Shown here: piece after piece, positions 37,769-44,116 of the stretch | How positions within the stretch are numbered: the stretch's first letter is position 1 | Layout of the letters: every line of letters starts with the position of its first letter | Source of the DNA: Deltaproteobacteria bacterium | GTDB lineage: Bacteria > Desulfobacterota > Desulfobaccia > Desulfobaccales > 0-14-0-80-60-11 | NCBI GenBank assembly: GCA_030655955.1 | Contig: JAUSOZ010000187.1 | Span: 1-47,268 of the forward strand | Length of the DNA: 47,268 bases | Direction: 5' to 3' | Made by a program: the position numbers and the translations under genes | Notes under the pieces: model-generated | Told to the model about the DNA's origin: nothing | What the model saw: the letters and a program-made list of their open reading frames with translations, nothing else | The model's database searches: none

Positions 37769-38562
37769 ACTGTCTGCAAAAACGACAGGGCTTCTTCGAC
37801 GCCGGAATTTTCATTCACGATCATGCTGATCGCCCCCACCATGCGACTGGGGTCACGGTGCTGGAAGACATTGCGCCCGATGGATACCCCGGCCCCCCCG
37901 GCCTCGATGGCCCCCTGGACCATCTCCAGAATGTCCCGGTCCGAAGTCATTTTGGGGCCGCCAGCAATGACCACCGGCACCGGGCAGCCGGCCACCACCT
38001 TACGGAACGACTCCACCGAACCGGTGTACGAAACCTTGACGATGTCCGCCCCCAGTTCCGCCCCCAGTCGCGACACATGCATGATCACCTGGGGGTCGTA
38101 TTCATTCTCGATTTTCTCGCCCCGGGGGTACATCATGGCCAACAGCGGCATGCCCCATTCCCGGGCCTGCCGGGAGACCCGGCCCAGATCGGACAGCATC
38201 TCCTGATCGGAGCCGTTCCCCACGTTGACGTGAATGGAGAGGGCGTCCGCCCCCAGCTTGATGGCTTCCTCCACGGTGCACACCAGGGTTTTGGCATTGG
38301 GATGGGGTGACAGTGAGGTGGAAGCCGACAGGTGAATGATCAACCCCACGTCCTTGCCCCGGCGGCGATGGCCGCTGGACACCAGCCCCTTGTGGATCAG
38401 AATGGCATTGGCTCCGCCGCTGGCCACCGCATTGACGGTAGTCTTCATGTCGATGAGGCCTTCAATGGGGCCAACCGTGACGCCGTGATCCATGGGCACG
38501 ATCACCGTGCGCCCCGTGTCCCGGTTCATGATGCGTTCCATACGAATCTGTTTGCCGACCAC
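37765..38562 (-). CDS. 2-amino-3,7-dideoxy-D-threo-hept-6-ulosonate (ADH) synthase, class I aldolase family
   Basis: [53 protein letters not shown] aligns by eye with the N-terminus of the archaeal ADH synthase/DhnA family. The start is set at GTG 38562, preceded by GGGAGGAG. The ORF-track ATG at 38649 would cover the leader terminator. Confidence 0.8.
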   Translation of the reverse strand: MVGKQIRMERIMNRDTGRTVIVPMDHGVTVGPIEGLIDMKTTVNAVASGGANAILIHKGLVSSGHRRRGKDVGLIIHLSASTSLSPHPNAKTLVCTVEEAIKLGADALSIHVNVGNGSDQEMLSDLGRVSRQAREWGMPLLAMMYPRGEKIENEYDPQVIMHVSRLGAELGADIVKVSYTGSVESFRKVVAGCPVPVVIAGGPKMTSDRDILEMVQGAIEAGGAGVSIGRNVFQHRDPSRMVGAISMIVNENSGVEEALSFLQTV

Positions 38563-38617
38563 TTTCTCCTCCCTCGCCGCAGTGCCTGAGAGGGCCTGAG
38601 ACCCCACGGCCGCCGAT

Positions 38618-38653
38618 AAAAAAAGCCGTGGTCGCCTCGCCTGCGCCACGGCT
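38618..38653 (-). terminator. Intrinsic terminator inside the 5' leader of the shikimate operon (attenuator)
   Basis: The minus strand reads AGCCGTGGCGC-AGGCGAG-GCGACCACGGCT followed by seven T (the first T pairs with the 5' A). It ends about 55 nt before the GTG of the first enzyme gene. Confidence 0.7.
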
Positions 38654-38703
38654 TTTAAAAGATTTTTTTTCCTGTGCCTACATTCTTTTAAAAGTCGAGG
38701 CGC
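38643..38703 (-). promoter_or_regulatory. Candidate antiterminator helix
   Basis: GCGCCTCGACTTTTAAAAG (38703..38685, spanning the leader stop codon) pairs at 17 of 19 positions with CTTTTAAAAGCCGTGGCGC (38661..38643). The latter contains the terminator's 5' arm. Confidence 0.55.
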
Positions 38704-38771
38704 ACTCCCGGCCCGGTAAAATAATAATAGCTAAAATAAAAGTTCGGGGTCCGGGACCAGCTGGATTGCAT
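38688..38771 (-). CDS. Aromatic-rich leader peptide (27 aa)
   Basis: ATG 38771 has GAGGAA 11 nt upstream. The product is [27 protein letters not shown], with 7 Phe/Tyr in 8 consecutive codons. It is below the ORF-track length cutoff. Confidence 0.65.
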   Translation of the reverse strand: MQSSWSRTPNFYFSYYYFTGPGVRLDF

Positions 38772-38796
38772 TTTATTGATTTCCTCGACTTTTATA

Positions 38797-38825
38797 ACCC
38801 TAAAATATTCATCTCCCGGTGTCAA
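38797..38825 (-). promoter_or_regulatory. Candidate promoter for the leader/shikimate operon
   Basis: The minus strand has TTGACA, a 17-nt spacer, then TAGGGT. The -10 is poor, so this is low confidence. Confidence 0.25.
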
Positions 38826-38951
38826 TAAAAATTTTTTTGTCTTGACGGTAATTATGATATGCTGAAACTTATGGAGGCGTTGATTGGCTGGGGTTAAAGG
38901 GCCATCGGCGTTTCATGGGTTGGGCAGCCGCCTGCCCAAATTGGCGGGACT

Positions 38952-39542
38952 ATGGAACCCCCCCCCGATCAGCGCAGCTTCATCTGGATTATCGACAACG
39001 CCGATAAGATTGTCCACGTCAACGATAATTGGCTGGCTTTCGCCCGAGAAAACCGCGCGCCCCAATTAATGGCATCCTTGGTCCTGGATCAACCCATCTG
39101 GCGTTTTATTCAGGGGAAGGAAACCAGCTATTTATACCAACAGATTTTCAGCCGGGTCCGCGCCGGCGTCTCCCCGGTCAAATTTCCCTTCCGGTGTGAC
39201 TCCCCCGATTGCCGGCGGTTCATGGAAATGGAACTTGCCTTATTACCCGGCGATGCCATCCAATTCACAGCGCACATGCTCCGGGAGGAATGGCGTGACC
39301 CCGTAGACCTCTTGGATGCCTCCCGGGATAGATCCGGGGAATTCCTGAAAATCTGCAGCTGGTGCAAGAAAATCATTATTCCGGGGCGCAGCTGGGGGGA
39401 GATCGAGGCGGCCATCGCCGCCCTGGACCTCTTTGGCCACCACTCGATGCCCCAGATGACCCACACCATCTGTGATTCTTGCCGCGGTGCTCTCAGCCTG
39501 GAGTTAAGTGAGGAGTCGGGAGAAAAGCCGAATTTCGACTGA
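38952..39542 (+). CDS. Hypothetical PAS-like protein with C-terminal CxxC...CxxC motif
   Basis: A 196-aa ORF. The N-terminal ~110 aa look PAS-like (WIIDNADKIVHVNDNWLAFARE). The tail reads ICSWCKKIIIPGRSWGEI...THTICDSC. Confidence 0.6.
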   Translation: MEPPPDQRSFIWIIDNADKIVHVNDNWLAFARENRAPQLMASLVLDQPIWRFIQGKETSYLYQQIFSRVRAGVSPVKFPFRCDSPDCRRFMEMELALLPGDAIQFTAHMLREEWRDPVDLLDASRDRSGEFLKICSWCKKIIIPGRSWGEIEAAIAALDLFGHHSMPQMTHTICDSCRGALSLELSEESGEKPNFD

Positions 39543-39639
39543 ACGCGACCGCACCAGGCCCAGGCGGGCGGCCGGGCAAGACGCCGGCCTTTGTCCGGCT
39601 GGCTGGCCGGTTCGACCCGGAGACCATGAAGGAGGCGGC

Positions 39640-40278
39640 ATGCCCCGCACCGATGATTATAAGACGGCCCTCGCCCTGGCCGTGGCAGAATTGAAACCCC
39701 TCAACCCCAAGCGCCTGGAAAACCGAACCGGCGCCCAACACTTTGTCGACTCTTCCCAAGAGGGCCTCACCCTGCCCTATTTCGGCCAGGATCGGCGCAT
39801 CACCTGGCCGGAGGTCAGCGTCACCCCGGGCAGCGGCGCCGGCGAAATTTCCCTCCCGGAGCAGATCCTCATCCTCCACTACCTGCTCAAGGCCTCGGGA
39901 GAGCCTCTCACCGGCCGGAGCATCGATTTCCGCCAGGTCCCGGAAGGCGGGTTTTACTGGTCCGCCTTCGTCTCCCGGGCCCAAAAGCCGTTGCTCTCGA
40001 CCTTCGGGTCCGACCTGCCGCTCTACGTCAAGGTGGCGGCAGCCCTGGGGGGAGAACCCCTGGACCTGGGCGATGCCTCCGCCCGGTTTATGGCCTTTCC
40101 CCGGGTGCCCATCACCCATGTCTTGTGGGGCGGAGACGAGGAATTTACCCCCGAGGCCACCATCCTGTTCGATGAAATCATCCCCGGGTATTTCCCCACC
40201 GAGGACATCGCCGCCCTCGCCGGCGCCTCGGTCTACCGCTTGATGGGGGCGGCGCACCAATTCCGGCAGAGCCGCTAA
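39640..40278 (+). CDS. DUF3786-like protein
   Basis: GAAGGAGG lies 5 nt before ATG 39640. The block ILILHYLLKASGEPLTGRSIDFRQVPEGGFYWSAFVSRA matches my recollection of DUF3786. The upstream part of ORF 39508 is an implausible Arg-rich extension. Confidence 0.55.
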   Translation: MPRTDDYKTALALAVAELKPLNPKRLENRTGAQHFVDSSQEGLTLPYFGQDRRITWPEVSVTPGSGAGEISLPEQILILHYLLKASGEPLTGRSIDFRQVPEGGFYWSAFVSRAQKPLLSTFGSDLPLYVKVAAALGGEPLDLGDASARFMAFPRVPITHVLWGGDEEFTPEATILFDEIIPGYFPTEDIAALAGASVYRLMGAAHQFRQSR

Positions 40279-40480
40279 CGGGCCTCCCGGGCTAGCGGTG
40301 CGCCCCAGTTAAATCTTGCAGCAATATTCCCACTTTTTCGACAGGTTTTCCTAGGGGCGGTGCGCTCACCGCCCCGGCCCCTTGGTGATGGCCGGAATTT
40401 AAACGATACTCTCGGGGTGCGCCACCAGGCGGGCACGCCAGTCTCCCGGAATCGGGTAACCGCCTGGCGGGGCGGGGGCC

Positions 40481-40508
40481 TTGCAGAAACCTAAATAATG
40501 GTTATAAT
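40481..40508 (+). promoter_or_regulatory. Candidate sigma70 promoter for ssrA
   Basis: TTGCAG, a 16-nt spacer, then TATAAT. The -10 ends 10 nt before the tmRNA 5' end. Confidence 0.45.
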
Positions 40509-40518
40509 TATATTCAAG

Positions 40519-40865
40519 GGGGGCGTAACGGCTTCGACGTGAATAGAGAACTGTAAGTTGCATGCCGAGGTCCTGTCCGCTCGTTAAACGGGTAGGAAAA
40601 CCATAAGTGCCGACAACTACGGCTACGCTCTAGCCGCTTAAGGCTAGCATCTGGGGCTCGACGCCGGGAGAGGGCCCTGAGATGACGATATCCTGGCAAA
40701 GCTGCCAATAACGCCTGCGGGTTGGCGGACAAAAACTAAGCGGGCTAGCCTCTAAGAATTCTGCCAGCGGAAGTCTTCAGGGGCGAAACTAAAACGCCGG
40801 CTAAGCATGTAGAAGCTTCCAGGGACTATTGGCGGACGCGGGTTCGACTCCCGCCGCCTCCACCA
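40519..40865 (+). ncRNA. ssrA: tmRNA
   Basis: The 5' GGGGGCGTAACGGCTTCGACG and the 3' GGACGCGGGTTCGACTCCCGCCGCCTCCACCA form a tRNA-Ala-like acceptor with a G3-U pair. The tag reading frame GCC GAC AAC TAC GGC TAC GCT CTA GCC GCT TAA (40609..40641) encodes ADNYGYALAA. Confidence 0.95.
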
Positions 40866-40928
40866 TGTTATTGCATTTAATTCAGTTAGTTGCAATAATT
40901 TAGGTGCTCAAAAATTAGGGTCAGAACA

Positions 40929-40962
40929 GGGTCAGGCTTTTAGAGTCTGGCCCATTTTTTTT
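40929..40962 (+). terminator. Rho-independent terminator after ssrA
   Basis: GGGTCAG, an 11-nt loop, CTGGCCC (7 bp including one G-U), then A plus eight T. Confidence 0.6.
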
Positions 40963-41174
40963 CTGAAGATTGTGTTCTTGTTGAAATCGATTGCAACAAC
41001 CCTCTGTGTCAACATGGATGAGACACCCTGGACCAGAAATTACTGTAGCAAGTGTTCGGTCTGAACCTCCTTTGGGGGTGGATTGATCCAGACGGCCTCG
41101 GGCAGCGGCAGGGCGACTGGCGGTTGCAGGACTTTTTGGCTCGAATGCAGGTTCATGAAATGTCAGCCAGGCCT

Positions 41175-42128
41175 TTATATACTCTTTTCTAAATACTTGA
41201 CGCAGGGTGTCCAGGATTTCAGGGGCCGTTGGCAGCCCTTGCAGGAGGTGGCTCCCTGGCGCTGTTTGCAATAACTGTTGACCACATATTCGAAAATCCT
41301 GGCATTACGGATGGCGAAGGCGATTTCTTCGGCGATGGAATCCAGCAGCAGGCGCTCGTCATCGGTAAAGGGCTCGCCGCCGGATTTGTTGACAACTTCC
41401 ATGAGGCCGATTTTCTCCTCACCCGCGGTCAACGGGATGGCTATCATATTTCTGGTGACCACCCCGGATTGGGAATCGATCTGGTCGTAAAACCGGGGGT
41501 CTTGCCCGACGCCGTTAATCACTTCAGATTTCTGGTTTTGCAGGACGGAACCGGCAATACCTTTATCAGCCGGGAAGGTCGTGGTTTGCAGCGCTTCCTG
41601 GGAAGGCCCTCCCAGGCTGTAAAACTCGAGGTTCACTCCGTCCTCGTCCAACAGCAGGATAGAAGCCTCTTCGGCCGAGACGGTCTCCATAACGGTGGGC
41701 AAGACAGCTCCCAGGAGTTCGGGCAGGTCCAGGCATTGGGCCACCATGGAACTAATCGTCAGGTAGGTATTGAGGTGCCTGGTCTGCTTCATAAGTTCCC
41801 GGTGCATGGTCTCCAGGCGTAAGCGGCTCTCTCTGAGACGCTGTAAAATGAAGCCGATGAAACCCCAAACTACCCCGCCAAACAGGCCAAAGATGAGTAA
41901 CATGGGCCACATGTGCCAATGGAAGCTGTGGGAAAAGGCTCCCTTTATATCCAACGGGGTGCCCGAATTAACAAAGTTGTAAAAACCGTCAACCAGCATC
42001 GACAGCGGGTGGCCGATGAAGATTCCCACCGCGATGCCAAACAGGATGCCGATCCAGGGATAGAACCACGTTCTTTCCTGGGAGCTTGGGGTTTCCAGGC
42101 CCATCGGCTCGGACTGCTTAGGATTCAT
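41175..42128 (-). CDS. 2-TM membrane protein with cytoplasmic GAF domain and Cys4 tail
   Basis: Two hydrophobic segments (WIGILFGIAVGIFIGHPLSMLV and PMLLIFGLFGGVVWGFIGFIL), a coiled linker, a GAF-like domain (ASILLLDEDG...IAIPL...GLMEVVNK), and the tail C-X8-C-X2-C-X9-C. Its start overlaps the upstream gene by 11 nt. Confidence 0.7.
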   Translation of the reverse strand: MNPKQSEPMGLETPSSQERTWFYPWIGILFGIAVGIFIGHPLSMLVDGFYNFVNSGTPLDIKGAFSHSFHWHMWPMLLIFGLFGGVVWGFIGFILQRLRESRLRLETMHRELMKQTRHLNTYLTISSMVAQCLDLPELLGAVLPTVMETVSAEEASILLLDEDGVNLEFYSLGGPSQEALQTTTFPADKGIAGSVLQNQKSEVINGVGQDPRFYDQIDSQSGVVTRNMIAIPLTAGEEKIGLMEVVNKSGGEPFTDDERLLLDSIAEEIAFAIRNARIFEYVVNSYCKQRQGATSCKGCQRPLKSWTPCVKYLEKSI

Positions 42129-42720
42129 GCGGCTCCTTGACTGCCTCGGCCTTCAGACGGGCTTCCAGTTCCTTTTTCAGGTCGATCATCTGAGTGCGCC
42201 ACCCATCGATGTATTGTGCGTGGTCTATTTTACTGACGTTTTCTAAAGACACAATGACCTCGTCGATTTCATGGGAGGCCCGGTGGATGAGTTCCAGTTG
42301 GTGCCTGAGCTCCGGATCGGTGATATGCTTTTGCAGATGCTGGCTGAATCCGCCGATGACCAGGTTGGCGTTGCGAATATGGTGCGCCAGGGTGACCATG
42401 AGCTCACGCACGGTATTCAGGGCCGCTTGGCGGCGCTGGGTCTCCAACTGCTCCTGCGCCAAGCGCTCTTTTTGCAGGTACCAGGCCCCCAAACCGAAGC
42501 CAGCCGCCCCTCCCATAAGGCTGAAGGCCAGACCCATGACCACCATCTCGGGGCTAAAGGTGGCTTGGACCTGGCGGGCCCAGAGAGAGAAGTCCCAGGA
42601 CCCGTGCGGATGGTGTGGCCCCAGGATATAGGCCAACATGGCGAAAGGGTGCATCAACAGGTAGCCTACGACTATCCCTGCCAGGGTAAACCATATTAAC
42701 CGCGCAGACCCCATATGCAC
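42118..42720 (-). CDS. 2-TM membrane protein with HisKA-like dimerisation domain only (no ATPase domain)
   Basis: The TM module resembles that of 41175..42128 (IWFTLAGIVVGYLLMHPFAMLA and MVVMGLAFSLMGGAAGFGLGAWYL). The H-box-like TLAHHIRNANLVIGGFSQHL compares with HIAHEIKNPLLIIGGFAQQL in the kinases at 4865 and 6393. The protein ends about 60 aa later with no N/G1/G2 boxes. Confidence 0.65.
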   Translation of the reverse strand: MHMGSARLIWFTLAGIVVGYLLMHPFAMLAYILGPHHPHGSWDFSLWARQVQATFSPEMVVMGLAFSLMGGAAGFGLGAWYLQKERLAQEQLETQRRQAALNTVRELMVTLAHHIRNANLVIGGFSQHLQKHITDPELRHQLELIHRASHEIDEVIVSLENVSKIDHAQYIDGWRTQMIDLKKELEARLKAEAVKEPHES

Positions 42721-42758
42721 CTATGACTTTAAAAAGGTCCTGGAATATGGACCTTGAA

Positions 42759-43151
42759 TCAGTGCTGATGTTCCCCCTGTTTTTTTATAGTATTAAGCTG
42801 CTGCTGCATTCCCTGGAGCCGCTGTTGGTGTTGCTGCTCCATTTGCGGAGTCATGGAGCCGCCCATTTGCTGCTTCATCTGGCCCAACTGGTTCATCATG
42901 TCCTGCATCTGCTGTTGGTGCGCCGGGGTCATATGCCCCTGGCCCATCATCTTTTGCATCTCACCCATCATTTGGTTCATCATGTCCCTGTTGTGCTGGC
43001 CCATCATGTGCTGACCGGAGCCCATCATGCCACCACTGGACCCGTGCATGCCGCTCCCGTGCATCCCGCCGCCGGGGTGCTCCTGGGCCGCCAGAAACCC
43101 GGGCAAGGCGAGCCCAACTACGGCCACGATAATCATAATTTTCCGCCTCAT
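42759..43151 (-). CDS. Secreted Met/His/Gln-rich protein (130 aa)
   Basis: GGAGGAAG lies before ATG 43151. The signal peptide is MRRKIMIIVAVVGLALPGFLAA. By my count, the mature part has 22 Met in ~108 residues. It also has GMHGSGMHG and MTPAHQQQM / MTPQMEQQH motifs. Confidence 0.7.
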   Translation of the reverse strand: MRRKIMIIVAVVGLALPGFLAAQEHPGGGMHGSGMHGSSGGMMGSGQHMMGQHNRDMMNQMMGEMQKMMGQGHMTPAHQQQMQDMMNQLGQMKQQMGGSMTPQMEQQHQQRLQGMQQQLNTIKKQGEHQH

Positions 43152-43353
43152 AACTTCCTCCTTCGGTTCGACTGGCAAGATTATCTTCACCAGGCGTTGG
43201 TTATCGCTGGCAACTAAAAGGATATCTCCCTTCGGAACCTGACGGCATCAAATATCAGGGCAGAGACAGCGCGGCTGCACCTGTCTCTCACCGTCATTTT
43301 AGGGCAGCCTTGATGCACGAACGGTTGCCGTGCTCAGGCGCGGCAAGAGGAGA

Positions 43354-43536
43354 CTAAGAGGAGCAGCAAGACTTTCCCCCGGGTTTCCCCTTCGCCGGCG
43401 CTGACAGGAACTTTTGGCGACAGTTGTCGCTGCAAAAGTAGAACGTCGTTCCATCGCGTTCGACGTGGAGAGCGGTTGCTTCGTCCACGGTCATTCCGCA
43501 GATGGGGTCTTTGGTCACGGATTTCGATTCTTTCAT
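43354..43536 (-). CDS. YHS-domain (TRASH-type) metal-binding protein (60 aa)
   Basis: DPICGMTVDEATALHVERDGTTFYFCSDNCRQKF is the YHS pattern seen at the N-termini of copper P-type ATPases. The C-terminus ends in KSCCSS. AAGGAG lies 7 nt before ATG 43536. Confidence 0.75.
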   Translation of the reverse strand: MKESKSVTKDPICGMTVDEATALHVERDGTTFYFCSDNCRQKFLSAPAKGKPGGKSCCSS

Positions 43537-43591
43537 GGTCATGCTCCTTGCTTGGTTAACAGTTCACTTCGTTGCCGCGACGAGCGCTGAA

Positions 43592-43717
43592 TTATTTTTT
43601 GGACTGCTTGCTGATAACGACGACTAGCAGGACTACCGCCAGGATGCCGACCACCGTCCAGACCCACATCCCTCCGCCCGCCCATCCACCCATCCATCCG
43701 CCAGTTTGGTTCATCAT
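43592..43717 (-). CDS. Gly/Trp/Met-rich single-TM peptide (41 aa)
   Basis: MMNQTGGWMGGWAGGGMWVWTVVGILAVVLLVVVISKQSKK. Only this part of ORF 43592..43930 looks protein-like. Its ATG overlaps the TGA of the preceding small ORF (ATGA). Confidence 0.5.
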   Translation of the reverse strand: MMNQTGGWMGGWAGGGMWVWTVVGILAVVLLVVVISKQSKK

Positions 43718-43839
43718 AAAGAGCCTTTGGTTACGCTGCGACTGACCCACCACCGGGCAAACCAGAATGTGAGCGGAGGCAGCAGCGTCATTTGGAGTAG
43801 AGGCCACAGGCCCGCGCCAAGCATGGACACCACGGGCAT
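43714..43839 (-). CDS. Hypothetical 41-aa hydrophobic peptide (not in ORF track)
   Basis: MPVVSMLGAGLWPLLQMTLLPPLTFWFARWWVSRSVTKGSL. Its stop overlaps the next start. It is in frame with the ORF at 43849..44025, separated by TAA plus three codons. Confidence 0.3.
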   Translation of the reverse strand: MPVVSMLGAGLWPLLQMTLLPPLTFWFARWWVSRSVTKGSL

Positions 43840-43848
43840 GCGCCCCGC

Positions 43849-44025
43849 TTACGACCAGCGCCCGGCGGCCAGCGCCGCATAAGCCAGCCCCAGAACAGCC
43901 GCCGGGGCGTAAATGTTCCAGCGGCCGCACAAGCCCCAGCCCAGTCCGCCAGCGGCCAGCGCGCCCGCCGATTTTTCGTCAATGTCCTTCGTACCATTGC
44001 GGATTAATCTTAATTTTATCCGCAT
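43849..44025 (-). CDS. Hypothetical 58-aa glycine-zipper-like membrane peptide (not in ORF track)
   Basis: MRIKLRLIRNGTKDIDEKSAGALAAGGLGWGLCGRWNIYAPAAVLGLAYAALAAGRWS. It has GC-rich third positions, unlike the two listed ORFs in other frames, which translate to Arg/Trp/Pro-rich junk. No SD is visible. Confidence 0.3.
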   Translation of the reverse strand: MRIKLRLIRNGTKDIDEKSAGALAAGGLGWGLCGRWNIYAPAAVLGLAYAALAAGRWS

Positions 44026-44116
44026 GATTAGGTTAACCGGTTATGGATTTAAAGGGTCGACTCCGGCGGAGACTGGTATGCTGCTCTCCTTGCCAATATC
44101 CGCCTGGTTTATTAGC

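Noticed and set aside
40921-41271. A 116-aa ORF on the minus strand between ssrA and the GAF gene.
   Set aside because: It overlaps the 3' end of the GAF gene and covers the ssrA terminator hairpin. It has no SD, and its composition is not protein-like.
43849-43851. Programmed read-through or recoding at the in-frame stop between the two micro-ORFs.
   Set aside because: The stop is TAA, not TGA, and I saw no SECIS-like or slippery element. A nonsense mutation or two separate ORFs are simpler explanations.
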